Assembly: GCA_039586365.1 (NCBI GenBank)
Contig: JBDHKN010000036.1
Span: forward strand, 1,886-65,885
Length of the DNA stretch: 64,000 nucleotides
Direction: 5' to 3'
Source of the DNA: Gemmatimonadota bacterium
Lineage (GTDB): Bacteria; Gemmatimonadota; Gemmatimonadetes; Gemmatimonadales; GWC2-71-9
Shown: piece after piece, positions 37,559 through 47,319 of the stretch
How positions within the stretch are numbered: the stretch's first letter is position 1
Layout of the letters: every line of letters begins with the position of its first letter
The notes under the pieces: model-generated
The model's database searches: none
Seen by the model: only the letters and a program-made list of their open reading frames with translations
What the model was told of the DNA's origin: nothing
Made by a program: the position numbers and the translations under genes

Positions 37559-37647
37559 GGCGCGACGGGGACAGGGTGAGAACTGGAAACCGACTCGAAC
37601 TTAGTGTCTAGCGACCAAAACTTCAACCTGAATCTGGTCCCCTCAGC

Positions 37648-37676
37648 TTGAGTTTGCCCGTTGTCTCACTTAGACT
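37648..37676 (+). promoter_or_regulatory. Candidate sigma70-type promoter for the ppiD-like gene
   Basis: TTGAGT (37648-37653), a 17-nt spacer, then TAGACT (37671-37676), about 45 nt upstream of ATG 37723. Each hexamer matches consensus at only 4 of 6 positions. Confidence 0.3.
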
Positions 37677-37722
37677 TAGCGGTTCCTGAATAGTCTCACA
37701 AGAAGGCGGGTGGAATGCGCCT

Positions 37723-39585
37723 ATGATGCGTACAATGCGGGCGAGCGCGAAGTGGATCATGGCTGCCGTGGCGATCAGTTTCGTCGGCTGGCTGGTCTTT
37801 GACGTGGGAATGGATGTCGGAGGCCGTGGTGGGTCTACGTTCACGGACGTGATCGCCCGGGTAAACGGGGAGAAAGTCGACGTCCAGACGTTCTACGGCG
37901 CTGTGCGCAATGCGCAGGAACAGCAGCGGGCCGCCGGTACGCCAGTCCTCACAATGGACGATCAACGGGACCTCGAGGACCAGGTACTGGAGATAATCGT
38001 GCAGCAGATCGCACTGCAGGACGAACTCGAACGACGTGGAATCGTCGTCACTGACGAGGAGATCCGCGAGGCGGCACGGAATCAGCCGTTACCTGAGATG
38101 CTGCAGGTACCCGAGTTTCAGACAGATGGCCAGTTTGACATCAGCAAATACCAACGGTACTTGCAGTCGCAACAAGACCTCGGTTTCCTGCTCGCCATCG
38201 AGGCACGTTACCGAGAGGAGATCCCGCGGCTCAAGTTGTACGAGCGTCTTACCAGTGACGTATTTGTGGCGGATTCCAGACTGTGGAGAATCTTCCGCGA
38301 TCAGAACGACTCCGTGGCTGCCGACTTGGTCACGATCTTCCCACAGTCGGTGATCCCGGATGATGCCGTGGAACTCACAGAGACGGATGTGGAGGAGTAC
38401 TACCGCAGCCACCGGAATGACTACATGCGACCGGCGCGAGCCAGGCTGAGCTACATAGAGCTGTCGCGTAGCCCGGATGCGACTGACTCCACCGCTGCTC
38501 TGGAGCGGGTAGAATCCATCCTAGCTGAGCTGCGGAGTGGTGCCGAATTCGCCGATGTCGCGATGCGTGAGTCAGCGGACTCGGTAAGTCGACTGGAAGG
38601 TGGGGATCTGGGCGAGGTAAGTCGGGGACAGCATGTAGCTGCGTTTGCCGACGCAGCGCTCGCCCTACGGCCAGGACAGATTTCTGAGCCGGTGTTGACG
38701 CAGTTCGGATACCACATCATCCGCTTACAATCGAAGAGTGGAGAAACCTACCACGCCAGTCACATCTTGGTCCCGATAGAGTTGCAGGGTGATCACCTGC
38801 GGGAAGTAGAATCCCGCGGTGATTCCCTCGACTTGTACGCCGCTGAACAGTCGGACGCATCTGCCCTCGACGCCACTGCGGAGAGACTTGGAATCAGTGT
38901 GATGAGCGCAGGGCCGGTCGTGGAGGGCGAGCGACTCCGTCTTGATGGTTCGATCATCCCGGACGTCGCTATCTGGGCGTTTGAAGCGTTGGGGGGCGAG
39001 ACGTCGCACGTGATCGAGACTCCGCAGTATTACTACGTGTTCCGACTAGACAGGCTTGAGCCTGAGGGTGTGCCCCCGCTGCAGGACGTGACGGAAAGGG
39101 TCACGTTCGATGCAACCATCAGCAAGAAATGGATGATGGCGGAGGACCTGGCCCGTGAGATGCACGAGGATATCCGCAGCGGTAGTTCGCTCACAGACGC
39201 CGCAGCACCACACGGACTACGCCCGGTATCGCTACCGCCTTTTACCCGTCTCGTACCGAATCCGGCTTTAGCCGATGCACCTGCAGTCGTGGGAGCAGCA
39301 TTCGGACTTCCAATCGGTCAGATCAGTGCCCCGATAAAGTCAGAACGAGCGATCTTCTTCATTCGGCCGACGGGAAGACAGCTGGCCGACAGCACGGCGT
39401 TTGCGGGGGACCTAGACGCACTGCGCGGCGCGGTGCTGCAGGGTGCTCGTCAGGCTCGGGTCCAGTTCGTCCTCCGAGCGATCCGTCAAGGCGCAACCGT
39501 AGAGGACCTGCGTCAGGAACTGCAGCGGGCCCAGCGTGAACAACAACAGGACCTGCCCATCCCGCAGACAGGATTGGGTTTCTAG
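37723..39585 (+). CDS. ppiD: Periplasmic chaperone / peptidyl-prolyl isomerase, PpiD/SurA-like, membrane-anchored
   Basis: It has an N-terminal TM helix (WIMAAVAISFVGWLVF), a SurA_N-like domain and the parvulin motif GGDLGEVSRGQHV.AF.....L.PGQISEPV.TQFGYHII. Confidence 0.85.
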   Translation: MMRTMRASAKWIMAAVAISFVGWLVFDVGMDVGGRGGSTFTDVIARVNGEKVDVQTFYGAVRNAQEQQRAAGTPVLTMDDQRDLEDQVLEIIVQQIALQDELERRGIVVTDEEIREAARNQPLPEMLQVPEFQTDGQFDISKYQRYLQSQQDLGFLLAIEARYREEIPRLKLYERLTSDVFVADSRLWRIFRDQNDSVAADLVTIFPQSVIPDDAVELTETDVEEYYRSHRNDYMRPARARLSYIELSRSPDATDSTAALERVESILAELRSGAEFADVAMRESADSVSRLEGGDLGEVSRGQHVAAFADAALALRPGQISEPVLTQFGYHIIRLQSKSGETYHASHILVPIELQGDHLREVESRGDSLDLYAAEQSDASALDATAERLGISVMSAGPVVEGERLRLDGSIIPDVAIWAFEALGGETSHVIETPQYYYVFRLDRLEPEGVPPLQDVTERVTFDATISKKWMMAEDLAREMHEDIRSGSSLTDAAAPHGLRPVSLPPFTRLVPNPALADAPAVVGAAFGLPIGQISAPIKSERAIFFIRPTGRQLADSTAFAGDLDALRGAVLQGARQARVQFVLRAIRQGATVEDLRQELQRAQREQQQDLPIPQTGLGF

Positions 39586-39639
39586 GAGGGACGGTAGAGA
39601 ACGGAGTCGTAGACTAGGGGCACCGGAGACCGTGGAAGA

Positions 39640-39695
39640 CGCGCGGAGATAACTGGGGGTCTGTTATCGGCTTGTTGGTCTGGGATCTCCGCGCG
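39640..39695. repeat. Perfect 11-bp inverted repeat with a 34-nt spacer between the convergent ppiD and tatA genes
   Basis: The arms are cgcgcggagat (39640-39650) and atctccgcgcg (39685-39695). No U-tract follows on either strand. Confidence 0.6.
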
Positions 39696-39750
39696 AGGCG
39701 CAAACCGAGGGTTGCCGGCTGACGCCACAGCAACCTGGCATCGCTGTGGT

Positions 39751-39996
39751 CTATTCGCTCAGTTTCTTGGGCTCCCGATCATCGTGGGCGGGCTCTGGTG
39801 CATCGATGCGTCGCGGAGAAGCAACGTCGCTATCAGCGCCTTCGATGCTGTCCCTGACGTCACGAAGACTCTTCTTGAACTCGCGGATTCCCTTCCCCAT
39901 CCCTGCGCCCATCTCTGGCAACCTCTTCGCTCCAAACACGAGCAGGAGAATCAAGAGGATGACCAGAATCTCCGTCATACCAAGGTTGAATGGCAT
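39751..39996 (-). CDS. tatA: Twin-arginine translocase subunit TatA/E
   Basis: The sequence is MPFNLGMTEILVILLILLLVFGAKRLPEMGAGMGKGIREFK. AGAGAGG lies upstream of ATG 39996. Confidence 0.95.
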   Translation of the reverse strand: MPFNLGMTEILVILLILLLVFGAKRLPEMGAGMGKGIREFKKSLRDVRDSIEGADSDVASPRRIDAPEPAHDDREPKKLSE

Positions 39997-40006
39997 GGTA
40001 ACCTCT

Positions 40007-40282
40007 CTAAAAGATGGATCGTGCTAACATATATGCCAACACGACACCTACCAGACCCAACAGCGAGACCTCCAAGGCTAGCGGTCCTACGGTCGCGCTA
40101 AAGAGCAACAAATCGACATGAAGCGGACCAATCGACGGCTTCACGCTCCAGGTTAGGAAAACCTCCGCTGGGCTGCCCTGGGGGAGTACCTTCTCCAACA
40201 GCTCTGACAGGAATCCACCCAACACAAACCCCAGGGACAGTACACCAATGTAAAATAAGGGACGTCGCGCTCCGATTGCCAC
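40007..40282 (-). CDS. DUF4321-family small membrane protein
   Basis: Starts at GTG 40282. Two TM helices flank the conserved ...PL.VDL.L...T.G... pattern. Length is 91 aa. Confidence 0.75.
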   Translation of the reverse strand: MAIGARRPLFYIGVLSLGFVLGGFLSELLEKVLPQGSPAEVFLTWSVKPSIGPLHVDLLLFSATVGPLALEVSLLGLVGVVLAYMLARSIF

Positions 40283-40285
40283 AGG

Positions 40286-41275
40286 CTAACACCTCCGCTC
40301 GATTGAATACACTAGACAATCACGCAACGCATCGCGTGCCGGCCCGGGGGGTAGGCCATCGAGTTCTGCCTCAGCCAGCATTGCGAACTGCTGGGCTCGC
40401 TCGCGCCCGGCGGCGATACCTCCGCGGGCATGGACTATTCGTACGATTGAGCCGATAAGTTCGTCAGACGGTGTGGGCTCAGCCATCAGCCTCTCTACCT
40501 GCCGACGCTCATTCCGGCTCATGTGTGGCACCGCGCAGATGAGCGGTAGTGTGATCTTGTGCTCGCGTAGGTCCTGCCCGCTGGGTTTGCCGGTGATCGA
40601 TTCAGTCGCGGTGTAGTCGAGCAGGTCATCAACGATCTGAAATGCCATACCGAGATTCTTGCCGTACAGTCTAAGAGATTCACGGTGTTCCGGGTTTCCG
40701 TCGAAAGCGCCCACCTCGCATGCCCCGGCGATAAGAGACGCTGTCTTTGCTTCGATCAGAAGTTCGTAGTCATCCCCCGTGAAATCCAGGACATCATAGG
40801 CAACCACCTCCCTCATTTCACCCACAGTGAGCTCATTGGTTACGCGGCTCATGATGCGTAGTGGCTCCAGCGAGCCCAGAAGCACAAGCTCTTCTATCGC
40901 GCGCGAGTAGAGGTAGTCCCCCATGATAACTGCCACTTCGTGGCTAAACTGGGCGTTGACAGTAGGCTGGCCACGACGCAGAGCCGAGTGATCTACCGAA
41001 TCGTCATGGACCAGCGTTGCCAGGTGAATCAACTCCACCACCGCGCCTAGCGTCAATTCACGAGATGTGATTCGTCCCGTTGCCTGTGCTGCGAGAAGCA
41101 ACAGGGTGGGGCGGAACATCTTTCCCCGGATGCGCAGGAGATGGTGGTTCACCTCTTCAATTAGAGGGAAATCCGTTTTGATTATTCGGCCCAGCTCGGC
41201 AAAAACTGCGTCCAGTTCGGCCCGCACCGGCTTTTGGACGGTCGCCATCGTTGCACGCGCAACGCGGGATTCCAT
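40286..41275 (-). CDS. Long-chain polyprenyl diphosphate synthase (IspB/HepT-like)
   Basis: It has FARM LVHDDSVDHSALRRG and SARM FQIVDDLLD. The start is ambiguous among TTG 41284, ATG 41275 and ATG 41248. Confidence 0.9.
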   Translation of the reverse strand: MESRVARATMATVQKPVRAELDAVFAELGRIIKTDFPLIEEVNHHLLRIRGKMFRPTLLLLAAQATGRITSRELTLGAVVELIHLATLVHDDSVDHSALRRGQPTVNAQFSHEVAVIMGDYLYSRAIEELVLLGSLEPLRIMSRVTNELTVGEMREVVAYDVLDFTGDDYELLIEAKTASLIAGACEVGAFDGNPEHRESLRLYGKNLGMAFQIVDDLLDYTATESITGKPSGQDLREHKITLPLICAVPHMSRNERRQVERLMAEPTPSDELIGSIVRIVHARGGIAAGRERAQQFAMLAEAELDGLPPGPARDALRDCLVYSIERRC

Positions 41276-43862
41276 CGGATTCAATTCCCCGCCTGCGCCA
41301 GATTGCGTGCGCGGTCTCTACCGAGAGGATCCGCTGGTAGTATCCCAAAGCTCCCGACTTCTTGCCCTGATTTTCCTCACACCGACCAAGCCAGTACAGC
41401 AAACCAATCTTCTCATCATCACCGCCCGGCTCCGTCTCGATTGCCCGTCGGACCACAGTAGCCGCAACCGCAAATTGTCCCCGTTCAAAAAAGCACAGGC
41501 CAAGCGCCTCGGCCGTCTTCAGACGTCCTTCGGCACCCCGTAGGGCTTTCTGCAATTCCGAGATCGCCTCGTCGAGCAAACCCATTTCCTTGAAAGCGAT
41601 CCCGAGATCGTAGTGGGCCTGGGTATCCTCAAGCGCCACGTTTGCTTCGATCCCCTTCTTGAACTGAGCGAGCATCTCCTGGAAGTCGCGTTCCTCGTCC
41701 CCAGTGGGCGCCTCCTCCCGGATACGCATCCTCGTGTCCCTTGCCTCTTCCTCGTCGAGAATTAGAGCTCCCAGATCGACAAAATCGCCACCCGACCCCA
41801 CTGACGCCGGCGCAGGCTCCTCATCAGGTGGAGCCGAATCAATCGCCTCATCCAGCTCCGGCTCAACCACCTCCGCTTCCTCAGGCTCCACTGCGACGTC
41901 TGACTCCCACGCAGTCGTTTCCTGAGTCCCAGAGTCTGGTTCGGCCTCCACCCCTTGCTCTGCCTCAGAGAGCTTTGCATCCTCCGGCAGCAACGCTTCC
42001 AATGCGCTGATCGCCCGAGCATTGTCTGGATCGTGATCGAGTACTCGCTGATATACACTGCGCGAGCGGTCGACCGACCCGTCACGAACCAGCGCGTCTG
42101 CCAGTTCGAGATATGCATCCGCCAGGGCGTCTTTGTCGCCACCCCGGAAGGCATATTCTACCCGCTTCTGGTGGTGGACAACGCTGTTCGGTTCGATCCT
42201 GAGGATTTCCTCGGCAACGGATTCAGCGCGTCGCCAATCGTCGGCTGCCTCGTAGAGTGCCAGTGCAATATCCAGCTCTTGCAGGCCGCGCTCCCGGTCT
42301 CCCCCCTCAAGTAGCGCCTCAGCTAACTCCCGGTGCGGTGCGGGAGCATCCGGATCATCAAGCACCAGGTCCTCGAGATCAGAAATGTCCGGCCTGGTCG
42401 GCTCCAATACCACAGCCAGGTCCTCACTCTCGCCATCGAAGCCAGAGCTCTCAACTGGCTCTACCGCAACAGGCTCCTCATCTCTGGCAGACTCGGCGAG
42501 GTCCGGTGCCGCGCTCGACCCGGCAACCTCGCCGCCGCTCTCGAAGGTCGCCTCCACCTCATCCTCCGGGTCCCCCGACCATTCTACTTGTGGCTCTAGG
42601 AACGGGATATCGACGTGCCCCAAGCTCTCTTCGTCGATCTCCTCAACCCCGGAAAGGTCCATTTCTCCCAGCTCACCCCTGAATCCGAGGTCCAGGTCAG
42701 GAACCTCTACACCAGCCTCAAGGTCGAGACTGGGCAACGTCTCATCCCACTCACCGATCAGTTCACCGGATGGTTCATAACCAGTCTCGACCGCTGCTTC
42801 CTCCTCAGCATCCACCCAAGGCCCTGCAACCTCACGTTCAGACTCGTCGGACTCGTCGGCCAGCATCTCACCTTCGAGGGATGCCAGGAGCGGCAGGTCT
42901 CCCCCCTCGGGCACTTCGTCTCCCAGCACTGCTTCGTCCAACAGGGTCTGTTCAACGTCAAGCAACTCCCCTGGGATCTCCTCACCTGCAGCGAACGGCT
43001 CGCTTACGTCGAGCCCTTCAAGTGGAGTTGCTTCAGTGGCTTCGGTTTCGAAACCGACCACCTCAGGGCTGAGTTCAGCCGAATGATTCCCCTCATACCC
43101 TCGGTCGACGACCTCCTGAGTCTCTCCAATGGTCGTCGGCGCGATCTCCAATGGTTGCTCGACGTCCACATGCTGTTGGGATGCTGGGACATCAACTGGT
43201 TCCTGTGGTTCTTCCTCTCCGAATTCGACCGCAGGCTCCGCAGGCTTCCGGCCCTCGTCTAGATCGATGAATACGATGTCGGTGGTCTTCTGCTTTCTGG
43301 ACGTAGCTTTTTGAGTGGGTATCGCATCCAGGTCGTACTCCGGATCTATCGCTCTCATGCGATCCATCGTGGCACGAGCCCTTCTGGTGTCCCCCATGGC
43401 CTGCACTTCCTGGTAGAGTTTCGCCAGCTGCTCACGGGCTTCGTCCGTGCGAGCTGCTTTCTGGAGCTGCTCCGCCAGTAGCAGTCGGATCTCCTCGTTA
43501 TCGGGTGAGAGATCGGCGAATTCCCGCAGTGCGTGGAACGCATCCTCTAGCTTACCGGCTTTCTGCATTCGCTCGGCGTACTCTAACAGGTTCTGCTTGG
43601 CCTCTGCGACAAAACCGCGCTGCAGCATCAGCTTGGCGAGCTTCAGGTAGATTGGCGTACGGCCGGGCGCATTGCGAAGGACCTTATTGCACAGCGCTAT
43701 CGCGTTGTTGGGGAAACCATGCTCGGCATAGTGGCCAATCGCCTTCTCATACTGCTCCACGGCCGACGTCACGTCCCCCAACTTCAGGTAGAGGTCACCC
43801 AGCTTGTTGTACAGCCCCAACTCGTCGGTGAGCTCCGGGGTGCCCTCAAGATCCTGCAGCAC
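41157..43862 (-). CDS. Large TPR-repeat protein with very acidic central regions
   Basis: Coordinates run from the first canonical start (GTG 43862). TPR-like coding sequence continues upstream to 43982 (see findings). The C-terminal TPR block carries HYDLGIAFKEMGLLDEAISELQKAL. The 3' end runs into the polyprenyl synthase gene. Confidence 0.85.
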   Translation of the reverse strand: MLQDLEGTPELTDELGLYNKLGDLYLKLGDVTSAVEQYEKAIGHYAEHGFPNNAIALCNKVLRNAPGRTPIYLKLAKLMLQRGFVAEAKQNLLEYAERMQKAGKLEDAFHALREFADLSPDNEEIRLLLAEQLQKAARTDEAREQLAKLYQEVQAMGDTRRARATMDRMRAIDPEYDLDAIPTQKATSRKQKTTDIVFIDLDEGRKPAEPAVEFGEEEPQEPVDVPASQQHVDVEQPLEIAPTTIGETQEVVDRGYEGNHSAELSPEVVGFETEATEATPLEGLDVSEPFAAGEEIPGELLDVEQTLLDEAVLGDEVPEGGDLPLLASLEGEMLADESDESEREVAGPWVDAEEEAAVETGYEPSGELIGEWDETLPSLDLEAGVEVPDLDLGFRGELGEMDLSGVEEIDEESLGHVDIPFLEPQVEWSGDPEDEVEATFESGGEVAGSSAAPDLAESARDEEPVAVEPVESSGFDGESEDLAVVLEPTRPDISDLEDLVLDDPDAPAPHRELAEALLEGGDRERGLQELDIALALYEAADDWRRAESVAEEILRIEPNSVVHHQKRVEYAFRGGDKDALADAYLELADALVRDGSVDRSRSVYQRVLDHDPDNARAISALEALLPEDAKLSEAEQGVEAEPDSGTQETTAWESDVAVEPEEAEVVEPELDEAIDSAPPDEEPAPASVGSGGDFVDLGALILDEEEARDTRMRIREEAPTGDEERDFQEMLAQFKKGIEANVALEDTQAHYDLGIAFKEMGLLDEAISELQKALRGAEGRLKTAEALGLCFFERGQFAVAATVVRRAIETEPGGDDEKIGLLYWLGRCEENQGKKSGALGYYQRILSVETAHAIWRRRGIESDGIPRCACNDGDRPKAGAGRTGRSFCRAGPNNQNGFPSN

Positions 43863-43982
43863 CTTGGAATACTGACCGATGGCCTTGTCGTATTGGCCTT
43901 TTAGCTCAAGGCTGCGAGCCTTTTCCTTTACCCTCTCGATATTCAGGGTAGCCCTCGACCGGCTGATGGTGTCGTAAGTCCG

Positions 43983-45251
43983 CTAGCCCAAAGAATCTAT
44001 GGGCCCCATACGTGGGTGACAAGTTGCTCCCCTGACCCATACCTCGGTAACGAGGTTCACCCCATACCAATATGGTACTTCCCGCCAGTCGAACACGGCC
44101 GCCAGCACCAAATCGGCTCGGAATCCGGGAGTAATCTGGCCCCTGGTGCCCGCCTGACCCACAGCTGCCGCTCCATTGACCGTAATTGCATTGATCGCCT
44201 CAGCCGGGATCATGCCCAATTGAGAAACGCCCAGCATCGCCATCAAAGGCAGACTCATGCCAGGTGAACTGCCCGGATTGAAATCGGTTGCCAGCGCGAC
44301 AGCGGCACCTCCATCCATTAGCCGACGGGCCGGCGCCCGACCCCTGCTACCCAAAAAGAGCATCGTACCCGGGAGCAGCACGGCGACAGTATCCGATGCT
44401 GCGATGGCCGCGATTCCATCTGCGGACACTGCCGCCAAGTGATCGGCACTGACAGCACCCAGTTCCGCTGCCAGTTCCGCCCCCCCGGAGCCGTCGATTT
44501 CATCCGCATGCAGCTTCAGCCCCAGGCCACAGCGCCGGGCGGCTTCCAGCACCCGACGCGACTGCTCTACCGTGAACACCCCGGGTTCACAAAAGACGTC
44601 GCAGAATCGAGCCACTCTCTGTGCCGCTACCGCGGGCAACATTTCGTCAACCACGAGTGACACGTAACGATCGGGATTGTCGCGATACTCCGGCGGCACC
44701 TCGTGAGCCCCGAGAAAAGTCGCAACTACCGAGGGCCCACGGTCCCCGGACGCACGCCGGATGGCCTCCAACTGAGCTAATTCCGTAGTTACGTCCAAGC
44801 CATACCCCGACTTCACCTCGACCGTGGTGCTGCCGCAAGCCAGCAACCTGGATAGCCGGACACGGGTCAACGCAGCAAGTTCCTGAACGCTGCGGGAGCG
44901 GACATCGTTCACCGATGCGAGTATCCCTCCGCCTGCCGCCGCGATCTCCTTGTAGCTGATGCCACGCGCTCTGCGTTCATGGTCGGCGAGACGGGCAGCT
45001 CCGAACACGGCGTGTGTATGACAATCCACAAAGCCGGGGAACAGTACCCCCTCCACCTCGCTAACATCAGCCTCTGGGTATTCGGCGCGCAGATCTCGGT
45101 AGGTCCCGACAGCCTGGATCAAGCCATCGTCAGATAGGACCACCGAGCCAGCAGGGATAACCTCTAGCTCAGCCATCTCCCGACCGTGCCGCGCCCGAGC
45201 GGGGCCGCGACAGGTTACAACCTGGGATGCGCCGGTGACGAGTGTGCTCAC
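43983..45251 (-). CDS. hutI: Imidazolonepropionase
   Basis: Starts at GTG 45251, overlapping the hutU stop (GTGA). Motifs are [15 protein letters not shown] and an amidohydrolase fold. Confidence 0.95.
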   Translation of the reverse strand: MSTLVTGASQVVTCRGPARARHGREMAELEVIPAGSVVLSDDGLIQAVGTYRDLRAEYPEADVSEVEGVLFPGFVDCHTHAVFGAARLADHERRARGISYKEIAAAGGGILASVNDVRSRSVQELAALTRVRLSRLLACGSTTVEVKSGYGLDVTTELAQLEAIRRASGDRGPSVVATFLGAHEVPPEYRDNPDRYVSLVVDEMLPAVAAQRVARFCDVFCEPGVFTVEQSRRVLEAARRCGLGLKLHADEIDGSGGAELAAELGAVSADHLAAVSADGIAAIAASDTVAVLLPGTMLFLGSRGRAPARRLMDGGAAVALATDFNPGSSPGMSLPLMAMLGVSQLGMIPAEAINAITVNGAAAVGQAGTRGQITPGFRADLVLAAVFDWREVPYWYGVNLVTEVWVRGATCHPRMGPIDSLG

Positions 45252-46909
45252 TCGCCCACCTCCTGCATCGGAATCCTGAGCCCATGTCTCTTTGCCGCGG
45301 CGACCGCCTCCGGATAACCGGCGTCAGCGTGGCGAACGATCCCAATCCCCGGGTCGTTGGTGAGAACGCGCTGCAAGCGCGCCTTGGCAGATTCGCTCCC
45401 ATCGGCCACTATCACCTGCCCCGCATGGAGACTGTTGCCGATTCCCACTCCTCCGCCATGATGGAAGGATACCCAGGACGCCCCAGACGCCGTGTTGAGC
45501 AGTGCATTGAGTATGGGCCAGTCGGCGATGGCATCCGAACCGTCGCGCATCCCCTCCGTCTCCCTGAAGGGAGACGCCACCGAGCCGGTGTCAAGGTGAT
45601 CCCGGCCGATCACTATCGGCGCACTGATCTCGCCCCTCGCGACAAGTTCGTTAAGTTCCAACCCGAAACGAGCGCGCTCTCCCTGGCCTAGCCAGCAGAT
45701 ACGAGATGGGAGTCCTTGAAACGCCACCTGCTCCCGTGCCTTCCGAATCCACCGCGTCAGATGCTCGTCCTCAGCGAAGAGATCCAACACCAGTGCATCG
45801 GTGCGGTAGAGATCGTCAGGGTTGCCGGACAAGGCTGCCCAGCGGAACGGTCCTCTTCCCTCACAGAAGAGTGGCCGAATGTACTCTGGCACGAAGCCTG
45901 GGATCTCAAAGGCGTCCGTAACCCCTGCGTCAAGAGCTTCGGTGCGAATGTTGTTGCCGTAGTCGAACGTGATAGCTCCCTTCTGCTTGAGTTGCAGCAT
46001 TGCTCTGACGTGGGCCGCGATTGACTCTCGTGCGCGACGCACGTATTCGGCTGGATTGGTCTGACGCAGGGCACCGGCTTCCTCAACACTAATTCCCCTG
46101 GGCACGTACCCGTTCAAGGTGTCGTGAGCCGAGGTCTGGTCCGTTAGCACGTTTGGCACCCACCCACGGCGGGCCATTTCGGGGAGCACCTCCGCACAGT
46201 TACCGACCAATCCCACAGACAGTGCCTCACCCCTGCCGCGGGCACCGGTGACCAGGCTCCAGGCTTCGTCCAGTGATTCCGTACTGACATCGAGGTACCG
46301 AGTCTTGAGTCGGCGTTCGATCCGAGCGGGATCCACTTCGATCGCCAGGATAGTCCCGTCGTTCATGGTAGCTGCCAGGGGTTGTGCCCCACCCATACCA
46401 CCGAGGCCCCCTGTCACCACTATCTTCCCCTTGAGCGATCCGTCGAACCACCTCGTGGCGACAGCCCCGAACGTCTCATAGGTCCCCTGGAGGATCCCCT
46501 GGGTCCCTATGTAGATCCAGCTTCCCGCGGTCATCTGACCGAACATCGTCAGGCCCAACTGCTCGAGTTCTCTGAACTTCTCCCAGTTGGCCCAACGTCC
46601 CACCAAGTTCGCATTTGCGATCAATACGCGGGGGGCATTCTCGTGCGTGGTGAAGACGCCAACCGGCTTTCCGGACTGAACCAGCAAGGTCTCGTCGCTT
46701 GCGAGGGAACGCAGAGCCATACAGATGGCATCGAACGCCTCCCAACTGCGAGCGGCGCGCCCGGTGCCGCCGTATATCACTAGATCTCCCGGCCGTTCTG
46801 CGACCTCTGGATCCAAGTTGTTCATGAGCATGCGGAGGGCAGCCTCCTGGATCCAACCTCGGCACGAGATCTCGGTACCGCGCGGCGCGCGTACCGTGCG
46901 ACCCGTCAT
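45248..46909 (-). CDS. hutU: Urocanate hydratase
   Basis: ATG 46909 is preferred because AAGGAGGTG lies 5 nt upstream. The ORF is open to 46954. Motifs are [26 protein letters not shown] and HHGGGVGIG. Confidence 0.95.
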   Translation of the reverse strand: MTGRTVRAPRGTEISCRGWIQEAALRMLMNNLDPEVAERPGDLVIYGGTGRAARSWEAFDAICMALRSLASDETLLVQSGKPVGVFTTHENAPRVLIANANLVGRWANWEKFRELEQLGLTMFGQMTAGSWIYIGTQGILQGTYETFGAVATRWFDGSLKGKIVVTGGLGGMGGAQPLAATMNDGTILAIEVDPARIERRLKTRYLDVSTESLDEAWSLVTGARGRGEALSVGLVGNCAEVLPEMARRGWVPNVLTDQTSAHDTLNGYVPRGISVEEAGALRQTNPAEYVRRARESIAAHVRAMLQLKQKGAITFDYGNNIRTEALDAGVTDAFEIPGFVPEYIRPLFCEGRGPFRWAALSGNPDDLYRTDALVLDLFAEDEHLTRWIRKAREQVAFQGLPSRICWLGQGERARFGLELNELVARGEISAPIVIGRDHLDTGSVASPFRETEGMRDGSDAIADWPILNALLNTASGASWVSFHHGGGVGIGNSLHAGQVIVADGSESAKARLQRVLTNDPGIGIVRHADAGYPEAVAAAKRHGLRIPMQEVGE

Positions 46910-46972
46910 ACCGGCACCTCCTTTCTTACGAGTCGTGTTAGCGTCTCGATTCACTCAGCGGTCGGTCGTATC

Positions 46973-46998
46973 GAGAGCAGGGACGAGTCCCTGCTCTC
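46973..46998 (-). other. Perfect 11-bp stem / 4-nt loop hairpin in the hutU upstream region
   Basis: The sequence is gagagcaggga-cgag-tccctgctctc. It lies about 64 nt upstream of the preferred hutU ATG. No U-tract follows it. Confidence 0.4.
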
Positions 46999-47232
46999 AC
47001 GGCTGGACTTCTGCAACTCTGCCGCAACTGCCCTGGAGACACCGACCCCTGTACGCCAACCGGATGTCCCGCAGCGACCACTCTCTGCTGGCGGACGAGC
47101 ACCAGGCGGCATTATCACGCCACCGCAGTCGGCGCTGACCAGCAGCTGGACACACCGTCTTGCAGCTCCTCCTGAGTGGCGCTCTGGCTCGGTCCATCCG
47201 GTCGATCGCTGCCTGTGATCACTGCAGGATCC

Positions 47233-47255
47233 TGTGACGAAACACATTCGTCACA
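47233..47255. promoter_or_regulatory. Perfect 9-bp inverted repeat, TGTGACGAA-N5-TTCGTCACA (candidate operator)
   Basis: The arms are 47233-47241 and 47247-47255. GTGAC/GTCAC pentamers recur five times within 47233-47339. Confidence 0.35.
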
Positions 47256-47319
47256 CTCACAATTGGTGGTGACTCATTATCAAGAGAAAGGGATCGTGAC
47301 ACGGTAGGGAATATAAGGT

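Noticed and set aside
43983-43985. Translational read-through of the hutI TAG producing a HutI-TPR fusion.
   Set aside because: The first 12 codons after the TAG (RTYDTISRSRAT) are not TPR-like. A CTG with a well-spaced GAGGG offers a simpler explanation. Read-through of this kind is not established for such genes.
46951-47247. 98-aa and 66-aa ORFs (46997-47197) on the minus strand, and a 137-aa plus-strand ORF, in the hutU upstream gap.
   Set aside because: Their composition (R, S, G, C, W-rich) is not protein-like. No SD was seen and no family was recognised. I treat the region as non-coding or regulatory.
47233-47255. TGTGA...TCACA half-sites, considered as a CRP/FNR-family site.
   Set aside because: The half-sites are 13 nt apart instead of the canonical 6. 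I keep the element only as an unassigned inverted repeat.
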